DNA of 21,725 nucleotides from a virus (Duplodnaviria > Heunggongvirae > Uroviricota > Caudoviricetes): the IMG/VR virus record IMGVR_UViG_3300035156_000038, positions 1 through 21,725 of that record; one strand, written 5' to 3'. Below the pieces are notes generated by a model, which ran no database searches, had not been told where the DNA came from, and worked only from the letters and a program-made list of their open reading frames with translations. Positions 13,258-20,230 of the stretch are shown here, piece after piece; the first letter of the stretch is position 1; every line of letters starts with the position of its first letter. Made by a program: the position numbers and the translations under genes.

Positions 13258-13323
13258 CTTAACTGGTTAAAGTAGGTGGCTTTTAACCATCAAATCGGGG
13301 TTCAAGTCCCTGTGGACTCACCA
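13248..13323 (+). tRNA. tRNA-Lys(UUU)
   Basis: GGTGG-CTTTTAA-CCATC; acceptor GGGTCTA/TGGACTC; CCA. Confidence 0.9.
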
Positions 13324-13332
13324 AGATTCAAT

Positions 13333-13411
13333 TCCGCAGAACCCGAGCATGGCGCATGGGCGTGACTGTTAATCACTGACTAGGCTGGATCGTTACCAGC
13401 GTGCGGAGCCA
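13333..13411 (+). tRNA. tRNA-Asn(GUU)
   Basis: GTGA-CTGTTAA-TCAC; G73; CCA. Confidence 0.85.
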
Positions 13412-13418
13412 GAACAAT

Positions 13419-13494
13419 ATTGCGTTAGTATAAAGGTCAGTACGGGGGACTTTCAATCCCTAGATGTTCGGTTCAAGTCCGACACGCAATACCA
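13419..13494 (+). tRNA. tRNA-Glu(UUC)
   Basis: ATTGCGT/ACGCAAT; GGGGA-CTTTCAA-TCCCT; CCA. Confidence 0.85.
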
Positions 13495-13502
13495 TTACAA
13501 TT

Positions 13503-13632
13503 TATTTACGCATACGTTGGTTCCTAGTACGGGGGTTCGAATCCCAATGGTAACGGAAGTGGAGCCAAGCTACCGCAGCTTAATTACCTGCGAAATGCGC
13601 CACGTAGCGAGTGAGCGGCGTATGCGTAAATA
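13503..13632 (+). ncRNA. unassigned structured RNA with a T-loop
   Basis: Perfect 14-bp terminal stem TATTTACGCATACG/CGTATGCGTAAATA; TTGGTTCC/GGAGCCAA helix enclosing GGG-TTCGAAT-CCC; CGCAG/CTGCG hairpin. Confidence 0.6.
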
Positions 13633-13636
13633 TATT

Positions 13637-13711
13637 GGTCGATTAGCTCAGCGGTAGAGCGGAGTCTTTACACGGCTTTGGTCGGCGGTTCAATCCCGTC
13701 ATCGACTACCA
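13637..13711 (+). tRNA. tRNA-Val(UAC)
   Basis: GGTCGAT/ATCGACT; loop TTTACAC; CCA. Confidence 0.9.
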
Positions 13712-13721
13712 AGATTACAAC

Positions 13722-13814
13722 GCATACAAGTTAGATATTGGTTAAGCTAACCGGGACTGTAACCCCCGAGAGCCGCTAGACGGCGTGGACGTTCGATTCG
13801 TTCTGTATGCACCA
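13722..13814 (+). tRNA. tRNA-Tyr(GUA)
   Basis: GCATACA/TGTATGC; loop CTGTAAC; long variable arm GCCG-CTAGA-CGGC; CCA. Confidence 0.85.
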
Positions 13815-13820
13815 AACAAA

Positions 13821-13896
13821 GCATCATTAGCTCAATTGGGAGAGCGTCTGCCTGTCGAGCAGAGGGTAAGCGGATCGAAACCGCTATGGTGCGCCA
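13821..13896 (+). tRNA. tRNA-Asp(GUC)
   Basis: TCTGC-CTGTCGA-GCAGA; G73; CCA. Confidence 0.9.
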
Positions 13897-13902
13897 AACA
13901 TT

Positions 13903-13976
13903 ATCACGCCCGGTGGATTCCCGGCTCAGCGGCTACGAACCGCAGATACAAGGTTCGACTCCTTGGCGTGGTTCCA
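13903..13976 (+). tRNA. tRNA-Arg(ACG)
   Basis: GCGG-CTACGAA-CCGC; T arm CAAGG-TTCGACT-CCTTG; atypical D arm; CCA. Confidence 0.75.
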
Positions 13977-13984
13977 GATACAGT

Positions 13985-14058
13985 GGTGAAGATAGTGTAA
14001 TGGGAGCATAACTGTCTGTGAAACAGTTGGAACGGGATCGAAACCCAGCTTCACACCA
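13985..14058 (+). tRNA. tRNA-His(GUG)
   Basis: AACTGT-CTGTGAA-ACAGTT; encoded G-1; weak T stem; CCA. Confidence 0.75.
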
Positions 14059-14160
14059 AGAATAGGTTGGCCGTACATTGGTCTTAATTGGCTAAGAACG
14101 GCGTGATCGTACTAATGTACGTGGCTTCGCTGGGGTGGAAAGATAAAACCCTAGCCCGAT

Positions 14161-14234
14161 AGTGGGTTAGCTCAAAGGCAGAGCACACGCTTGATAAGCG
14201 TTAGACGTTGGATCGTTACCATCACTCACTACCA
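14161..14234 (+). tRNA. tRNA-Ile(GAU)
   Basis: AGTGGGT/ACTCACT; ACGC-TTGATAA-GCGT; CCA. Confidence 0.9.
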
Positions 14235-14242
14235 AGAACAAT

Positions 14243-14318
14243 TGCAGCGTAGCTCAACTGGTAGAGCAGCAGACTTTGACTCTGTTGGTTGCAGGTTCAA
14301 ATCCTGCCGCTGTTGCCA
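14243..14318 (+). tRNA. tRNA-Gln(UUG)
   Basis: GCAGA-CTTTGAC-TCTGT; unpaired 1-72; G73; CCA. Confidence 0.85.
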
Positions 14319-14646
14319 GTAATACAGCAAGTACCGGGGGCATACACCCGGACGACCGCAGGATTCCACTAGGCTGTGCGCAGCCTATTGTAGACATTAC
14401 AGGTTGCCAAGCTAGATTGCTATGGGGGTGATGCCCCAGTCTAGCCCAGAAGTCCTAGTAGCTGTAGCTAGGCGCATACACGGAGAAGCCCGGATTGGGC
14501 CTCTTATGCCCGGTATGGCAAGAATGTGGGTGAGCAAACCCGGCTCTGACAGCGCGTAAACATCGCCCTGCTGGCTCGCTTTTGCAAGCCGGTTAAGGGA
14601 AGGTTTCGAACAACCGGATTCACTCACACACAGATTATAACACAAT

Positions 14647-14723
14647 ATATCCGAATGTCCCAAGGTGGCGAACGTGGCTCCAAACCATGTTGCGGCGGGT
14701 TCGATTCCGTGCCGGATATGCCA
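14647..14723 (+). tRNA. tRNA-Trp(CCA)
   Basis: ATATCCG/CGGATAT; ACGTGG-CTCCAAA-CCATGT; G73; CCA. Confidence 0.85.
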
Positions 14724-14731
14724 AATTAGTT

Positions 14732-14765
14732 AGCCGCTCCCGCCTCGTCGCTGGGGCGGCTTTTT
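14732..14765 (+). terminator. intrinsic terminator
   Basis: AGCCGCTCC/GGGGCGGCT stem followed by a T-run. Confidence 0.75.
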
Positions 14766-14795
14766 ACGTTGTACCCTTCCATTTTAAGGAAAATT

Positions 14796-15239
14796 ATGTC
14801 TAAAAGCAATACATTCGAAAATGACCTGATGCTGTGCATTTTCAACAACGCCAACATGGCCCTTATCGGTGACGCCACGGGTATCCGTGGCAGCACTGCT
14901 GTTGGCAACCTGTACATTTCGCTGCACACTGGCGATCCGGGTGAAGCAGGCAATCAAGCCACTAGCGAAGCAGCCTACACAGGTTACGTCCGTATGGCCC
15001 TTCCTCGCACTGCTGCTGCGTTCAACGTGGTAGCTAATGCTGTTAATCTGGTGGCTAACCTTGAGTTTGGAGCTTGCACGGCTAGTCCGGGTGCAGCCCT
15101 TACCCACTTTGCTATCGGCACAGACGCAGCAGGCGCAGGTAAGGTTCTTTACAAGGGAACGCTAACCCCTAACGTAACTATGGCCGTTGGTGTCGTGCCT
15201 CGCATCACTACCGCTGCTAACCTTGTAACTGAGGATTAA
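14796..15239 (+). CDS. putative virion structural protein (minor tail/fibre-associated family)
   Basis: TAAGGA RBS before ATG 14796. LYISLHTGDPG...E..YTGY.R...N...F....THFAIG...G..LY.G.L pattern, as in small phage tail-associated beta proteins. Confidence 0.65.
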   Translation: MSKSNTFENDLMLCIFNNANMALIGDATGIRGSTAVGNLYISLHTGDPGEAGNQATSEAAYTGYVRMALPRTAAAFNVVANAVNLVANLEFGACTASPGAALTHFAIGTDAAGAGKVLYKGTLTPNVTMAVGVVPRITTAANLVTED

Positions 15240-15243
15240 TCCA

Positions 15244-15648
15244 ATGGCAATCACTAAAGAAGAAGTTGTAGCAAAGGTTTCTGCTGAACTGATTGCCAGC
15301 CGTGATTGCCAAGCAATTGCAGCGGCAGCTAGTGTTGGACGAAAACGTTCCACCAAGCGTGAAATTGGTTACGGCACAATCCTAGAAACAGTGGGATTCG
15401 TGGCGGGTAATGCCGTATGTGATGAAATTAATAACAACCCTATGTACCGCTACGTAAAACCGTTGGTGGAGCAGGGTCGCATGTTAATTGGTTCCCCTAT
15501 GGTGGCAGCAGCCCTGCAAGCTATGGTTCCAGCAGTCATCCCACAAGCAGTGGCGGATAAGCTAAAAGCGTTGGGCCTAGAAGACGACCCTGTAACAGCC
15601 CAGGATGTCGCAATTGCCCTTTATAACCCGGACGGGAGTGACAAGTAA
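15244..15648 (+). CDS. hypothetical protein (134 aa), virion-accessory module
   Basis: GAGGA RBS; TAATG coupling to the next gene. Confidence 0.7.
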   Translation: MAITKEEVVAKVSAELIASRDCQAIAAAASVGRKRSTKREIGYGTILETVGFVAGNAVCDEINNNPMYRYVKPLVEQGRMLIGSPMVAAALQAMVPAVIPQAVADKLKALGLEDDPVTAQDVAIALYNPDGSDK

Positions 15649-16025
15649 TGCCAATTTCTAAAGCAGCATCAACAATTTTTGCAGCAAGCACGGCTGTTGC
15701 GGCAGGCACGCTTAAGTCAAGTCCAGTCGTAGGAAGCTCAGTTGATTGCCGCAGTTGCTACGGCGGCGAACTAACCTACAAGATTACAAACAACGCTGGC
15801 ACATTCACAGCAGCTTGTATTATCGTATTCCAAGTTTCCCATGACGGGGCTAACTGGTACGATTATTACCCTGTCTACGGCGATACAGCAGCCTCTAGCG
15901 TGAACAGTGGTGCACTACTCCTTGACCGCCCTGTTATGTATGTCCGTGCCATTGCGTTCGGTGTCACTGGAAGCGGGGCTTCTTCTACCGTGGAAGCGTC
16001 GGTACAGAATGTAACGGGGGTGTAA
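15648..16025 (+). CDS. hypothetical beta-rich protein, probable virion component
   Basis: QVSHDGANWYD motif and alternating beta pattern; operon context. Confidence 0.6.
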   Translation: MPISKAASTIFAASTAVAAGTLKSSPVVGSSVDCRSCYGGELTYKITNNAGTFTAACIIVFQVSHDGANWYDYYPVYGDTAASSVNSGALLLDRPVMYVRAIAFGVTGSGASSTVEASVQNVTGV

Positions 16026-16026
16026 T

Positions 16027-17736
16027 ATGGCTCTAATGCGCTATCAGCCGTATGGATTGGTTAGACTGGGGGGCAATCGTGGCCTTCAACGCGGATTGGT
16101 AGCGTATGCCCGACTATCTGGCCGCAACACCATTGACCCTGTAGACGGGAAGCCTTGGGCGGTGAATGTAGGGGCGACCCCGCTAACATTTGACGGTACT
16201 CCAAGGGGCATGGGGATGAAGATGAAGGGGGAAACCCCCTCGTTCGTGTCAAGACTTGCCCCCTCCACGATTTCCCCCGGAACGTCACAGCCTGCAACAA
16301 TTCGCTTCAGGCTGTTCTTCCGCAATATGCCAATTCAAGGCTACTCTCTTATGTCTTGGGGAGATAGTCCTCAAGATGGCAACCCGCGACTGTACATTCG
16401 TGTTAACGGGGGAGGTCAAATCAACCTATACCGTGGGGGAGGATACAACTACAACTTTCAGTGCGTGGCAGGTAAGGAGTATATTATCACTTATGCCTGT
16501 GACGGTACGCTGTTCACTCTCTATGTCAATGGAGAGGTTGTAGGCGTTGCAGGGGGATCATGGGGTGGAAATACTTCCGCGTTCTACGTTGGAAGTGGGT
16601 ACGATGGATATAACTATTCCGCTGACTACATCATTTCAGACTTCGCAGTGTGGAACCGTGGGCTAACCAGTGCGGAAGTGGTGAGCGATTACCAGAACCC
16701 TTGGCAAATGTTCGCAACAGACCACGAAGAAGAAGAACCTATTGTAGTCGTAACGGCGGGATACGCTGATACGGCGGGTAGCTCAAGCGGAGCTTCCACA
16801 GTAACAGGCGTGGCGAGAGCCGTAGCACAAGCTTACGGGAGCAGTGCTGCACTGGCAGCGGCAGCAGCGGGAGCCCAAGCGGTAGCCCGTACAAGCGGAA
16901 GCTCCGTAGCGGCCTCTAGCACAGGCGCAACAGCGTACAGCGTATGGAACGTCAACGGAGCGTCACAAGGCTCTGCAACGGCCTCTGTGCCAGCCTTTAG
17001 CGTAGCCAACACTGCTGCGTCTGCTACAGGCGCATCATCGGCGGGTGGTACGGTAGTTTCGGTTGCGTGTGCTAACGGTAATTCGTCAGCATCGGCTACC
17101 GTAACAGGCAACGCAGCTTGCGTATGGCAGATTGTAGGTAACGCGTCGGGCGGGGCAACCGTCAACGCAGTATCCGCGTTTGGTAATAACGAACCGGGCA
17201 ACACGGTAGTCTACTGGGATGTCCAAGGCGCAAGCTACGGTAGTGCTTCAGCGTCGGCTACAGCGAGGGCAGTAACTAACTCGGCTGGTTCTTCTGGTGG
17301 TAACTCATTGGTGACGGCAAGCGCCCAAGCCCTGACAAGCGCAATTGGATCGGCCCTAGCCTCGGCTACGGCAGCAGGCACAGGCGCTATGGTTATCACT
17401 ACCACGGGTGCAGCAGTTGCGGCCAGTTCAGCAGCAGGTAATGCTAATGCGGTGGCTAGCACAAGCGGTAACACCGTTGGTGGAAGTTCTACACAAGCAG
17501 TCTGTCTGACCATCTACGAAAGCGTAGCAAACAGCCTAAGCACGAGTATTGTGCAGGCAGTTACACAATCTGTAGTTGAAGCCATTGGTAATGCTAACGG
17601 CTTTGCCAAGGTTTCGGGAACAACTGAGGGTGGTGTACATTACACGGCTTCCGGCGACAAGTTTAGCGTAACTGTCACGTTCTCCCCGTACAGAATCACG
17701 GTGGAAAGCAACCCATATACCGTAACATTTAATTAA
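16027..17736 (+). CDS. LamG/ConA-like domain protein with a 20-aa repeat stalk; putative fibre or adhesin
   Basis: The N-terminal region has LamG-like motifs (ITYACDG..FTLYVNG, FYVGSG, ISDFAVWNRGLTSAEV...YQNPWQMF). An Ala/Ser/Gly/Thr-rich repeat region follows. Confidence 0.7.
   Translation: MALMRYQPYGLVRLGGNRGLQRGLVAYARLSGRNTIDPVDGKPWAVNVGATPLTFDGTPRGMGMKMKGETPSFVSRLAPSTISPGTSQPATIRFRLFFRNMPIQGYSLMSWGDSPQDGNPRLYIRVNGGGQINLYRGGGYNYNFQCVAGKEYIITYACDGTLFTLYVNGEVVGVAGGSWGGNTSAFYVGSGYDGYNYSADYIISDFAVWNRGLTSAEVVSDYQNPWQMFATDHEEEEPIVVVTAGYADTAGSSSGASTVTGVARAVAQAYGSSAALAAAAAGAQAVARTSGSSVAASSTGATAYSVWNVNGASQGSATASVPAFSVANTAASATGASSAGGTVVSVACANGNSSASATVTGNAACVWQIVGNASGGATVNAVSAFGNNEPGNTVVYWDVQGASYGSASASATARAVTNSAGSSGGNSLVTASAQALTSAIGSALASATAAGTGAMVITTTGAAVAASSAAGNANAVASTSGNTVGGSSTQAVCLTIYESVANSLSTSIVQAVTQSVVEAIGNANGFAKVSGTTEGGVHYTASGDKFSVTVTFSPYRITVESNPYTVTFN
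16759..17628 (+). repeat. 2 x 7 degenerate 20-aa (60-nt) repeats
   Basis: Blocks 16759-17178 and 17209-17628 are each exactly 7 x 20 codons, with Gly (occasionally Ala) at position 7, separated by the linker FGNNEPGNTV. Confidence 0.8.
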
Positions 17737-17744
17737 GGAACATT

Positions 17745-18068
17745 ATGCAGATTGAACGCAGACGCGGGGATACTGGGCCGGATACTTGCACGGTATCTGC
17801 ACACGGCGATGCAGCAAACATTACTGGGTGCACATTCCTGATGACGCTAAGCCGGGTTCCAAACCCGGTTGACGCTTCCCAGCAAGTGTATCAAATTGAA
17901 GGAGTTATTATAGACGCGGCAGCCGGGGTGGTGGAATTCAGCCCCACTGCCGAGCAAGCTAATCAGGTAGGATACTTCTATTACGACATCCAAATGACGG
18001 ACTCGTACGGGAAAGTACATACCCCGATTACTGGCAACTACGTCTACAAGCAGGACATTACCAAATAA
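17745..18068 (+). CDS. BppU-N-like Ig/beta-sandwich virion protein
   Basis: RRGDT...ITG.TF.MT...GVVEFSPT...G.FYYDIQ.TD..G...T...G...KQDIT pattern; TAAGGA RBS. Confidence 0.65.
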   Translation: MQIERRRGDTGPDTCTVSAHGDAANITGCTFLMTLSRVPNPVDASQQVYQIEGVIIDAAAGVVEFSPTAEQANQVGYFYYDIQMTDSYGKVHTPITGNYVYKQDITK

Positions 18069-18086
18069 CGCCCTCGGGCGTTGCTA

Positions 18087-18115
18087 TTGACAAAGCTAGC
18101 TAGGTAGTGTATTAT
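18087..18115 (+). promoter_or_regulatory. sigma70-type promoter
   Basis: TTGACA-17 bp-TATTAT, just after the AACGCCC-TC-GGGCGTT hairpin. Confidence 0.8.
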
Positions 18116-18123
18116 GCAGGCAT

Positions 18124-18212
18124 GGAAGATTAACCAGCCGGGGCGCTGGCGGTGATTGCTAATCACTTGGTACGCACCCGCGTATGGCAGTCGGGATGTC
18201 AGTCTTCCGCCA
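18124..18212 (+). tRNA. tRNA-Ser(GCU)
   Basis: GGAAGAT/GTCTTCC; GGTGA-TTGCTAA-TCACT; long variable arm; atypical T loop GTCGGGA; G73; CCA. Confidence 0.85.
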
Positions 18213-18220
18213 AGAACAAT

Positions 18221-18306
18221 GGAGAGTAGCGTACAGGGTACAAAGCAGCCTTGAAAACTGTGCCAGTCTTGATCGGCTGATGGTTCGATTCCTTTATTCT
18301 CCGCCA
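18221..18306 (+). tRNA. tRNA-Ser(UGA)
   Basis: GGAGAGT/ATTCTCC; loop CTTGAAA; long variable arm; G73; CCA. Confidence 0.85.
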
Positions 18307-18311
18307 TATTC

Positions 18312-18387
18312 GCGTCCTTAGCTTAATGGATAAAGCAGGGAACTTCTACTTCCCGTGATGGGGGTTCAAGTCCTCTAGGACGCTCCA
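18312..18387 (+). tRNA. tRNA-Arg(UCU)
   Basis: GCGTCCT/AGGACGC; GGGAA-CTTCTAC-TTCCC; CCA. Confidence 0.9.
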
Positions 18388-18638
18388 AGACACTTTGCAA
18401 GAGTGTACCCGCTACATGCGGAAAATCCCGACAAGGAATTGCGAAACAGGGGGCCACGTCCTGCTTAGAACGTAGTGGCTACGAATTCCCCCGCTAGGTA
18501 CGCCGAACCGGGAGATAGACAGTGTGGCCCTTTTAGACCTAATTCGTCACGGGAGTAGCCTACTGTCGGTGTGGAGAGGGGTTTATAACTGGAACCCAAG
18601 TTACTGTGCAGGCAGCGTGGCAGGTAGCAACTATTTTG

Positions 18639-18670
18639 GCCCTGCGTTCTTATTGGACGCGGGGCTTTTT
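18639..18670 (+). terminator. intrinsic terminator
   Basis: GCCCTGCGTTC-TTATT-GGACGCGGGGC 11-bp stem followed by TTTTT. Confidence 0.75.
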
Positions 18671-18688
18671 CGTATTTGGAGAATAATA

Positions 18689-20134
18689 ATGTCAACAAAG
18701 GCTTCAACGAAGCAGAAAATCTACGGGCCTTGTTCGCGTAAGCAGCAGTTGGTTCTAATGGATAACGAAGTAGACGTGCTGCTAACCGGGGGTGGTGCAG
18801 GTTCGGGTAAGACCCACACTTGCATCGTCAAGGCGCTTAAGTACGCCGAAGACCCTGAAGCGCGTATTGTCATCCTGCGTCTCACCTACCCAATGCTTAT
18901 GTCCATCGGCGGTATCGTAGAAGAAGCTAACAAGGTATTTGCCGACTTCAATACCATCTACAAGGTTCAGGCTAAAGAGCATCACTTCCCGAACGGGGCT
19001 ATGGTGAAGTTCGTGGCGATGCCAACCAACCTAAAAGAAGTTCAGGGTTGGCAACCTACCCACGTTATCATTGACGAAGGGGCCGAATTCACACTGGCCG
19101 ACATCCTAGCTCTGCAAGCGCGTATTCGTAGTACCACGTACACGAAGTACAAGCTAAGCATGACGATTACGTGTAACCCGGATCGTGCTTCATGGCTGTA
19201 CGACTGGGTAGAATACTCACTAGACCCCGACACAGGTATTCCGAAGCCGGGTACAGAAGATATTATCCGCTGGTACGTCATCCTGTCCGGTAAGATTCAC
19301 TGGGGAACGTCAGCAGAGCAGCTATACAAGGATCATGGCGAAGGTTATACCTACGGGGATGACTTTATGCCTATGAGCTTCCGCTTTATCCCGATGACGA
19401 TTGAAGATAACCCCGTCATCCTGAAGCATAACCCGCGATACAAAGCTAACCTGCTATCACAAAGCCGCGTTTCGCAGCTACGCTACCTGTACGGATCGTG
19501 GACAGCCGTGCCAGAAGGCAGCAGCGTCTTCAACCGGGAATGGGTCAAGATCATCGACTACGCCCCACCTGAAGTTGCTAACCGCGTTCGATCATGGGAC
19601 TTGGCCTACTCCATCCCTTCCGAAACCTATCCGAACCCGGACTGGACGGTTGGTGTAAAGATGTCACGCACCCGAGAAGGCCGCTACGTCATCGAAGATG
19701 TGGTGCGCTTCAGAAAGCTAACAGACGGCGTGCTAAAGACCATTATAGACACTTCCGACTGTGACGGCAAGAACCAGCTTGTTACCTACCCACGAGACAA
19801 CGGCGGCGGTAAGGCTAACAGTGTGCACATGGCTAGGTTGTTCTCTGAGAACGGTATGTACACCCGTGGTATCCCAATCTCAGCCCACTCTAGCAAGATG
19901 CAACGCTTCCTGCCTTTCTGTTCATTGGCTGAATCTGGCTCTGTAGATATGGTACGTGGGCCGTGGAATGAAGAATTCCTGTCGGAGCTAGAGCGGTTCG
20001 TGGGCGACAAGAAAATGAAAGACGACCAAGTTGACGCCACAAGTGATGCTTTTAACATCTTAGCAAAACAGACGTTGATGCCGACTTTCAGCATCCCGGA
20101 TATGACGCAAGCTAGCCCAATCCCGTCAATTTGA
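18689..20134 (+). CDS. terL: terminase large subunit
   Basis: GGAG RBS before ATG 18689. Walker A GGGAGSGKT, Walker B IIDEG, TCNP coupling motif, nuclease motifs RSWDLA and DDQVDA. Confidence 0.93.
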   Translation: MSTKASTKQKIYGPCSRKQQLVLMDNEVDVLLTGGGAGSGKTHTCIVKALKYAEDPEARIVILRLTYPMLMSIGGIVEEANKVFADFNTIYKVQAKEHHFPNGAMVKFVAMPTNLKEVQGWQPTHVIIDEGAEFTLADILALQARIRSTTYTKYKLSMTITCNPDRASWLYDWVEYSLDPDTGIPKPGTEDIIRWYVILSGKIHWGTSAEQLYKDHGEGYTYGDDFMPMSFRFIPMTIEDNPVILKHNPRYKANLLSQSRVSQLRYLYGSWTAVPEGSSVFNREWVKIIDYAPPEVANRVRSWDLAYSIPSETYPNPDWTVGVKMSRTREGRYVIEDVVRFRKLTDGVLKTIIDTSDCDGKNQLVTYPRDNGGGKANSVHMARLFSENGMYTRGIPISAHSSKMQRFLPFCSLAESGSVDMVRGPWNEEFLSELERFVGDKKMKDDQVDATSDAFNILAKQTLMPTFSIPDMTQASPIPSI

Positions 20135-20173
20135 TTACTAGCACGCTTCCTACCTACCTGTCAAGCTAAACAC

Positions 20174-20202
20174 TTGACATTTTAGGGGAAGTGTGTTAGA
20201 AT
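20174..20202 (+). promoter_or_regulatory. sigma70-type promoter for the portal gene
   Basis: TTGACA-17 bp-TAGAAT with an extended -10 TG. Confidence 0.75.
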
Positions 20203-20230
20203 CGCTTCATTAAATCAACAAGGAGTTTGT

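Noticed and set aside
12777-13323. Group I intron containing the PD-(D/E)XK gene
   Set aside because: Both flanking tRNAs are complete and uninterrupted, and no P/Q/R/S core is recognisable.
14320-14645. Assignment as tmRNA or RNase P RNA
   Set aside because: GGGGGC...GGACGAC, GAAGTCC and AAACCCGGCT are faintly reminiscent, but there is no T arm plus acceptor/CCA 3' end, no tag ORF, and P4-type spacing does not fit.
18524-18688. N-terminal extension of terL from GTG 18524
   Set aside because: It crosses a terminator and structured RNA; the RBS and typical TerL length support ATG 18689.
20135-20164. Antisense promoter into terL (minus-strand TTGACA at 20164-20159)
   Set aside because: No acceptable -10 hexamer at 16-18 bp spacing.
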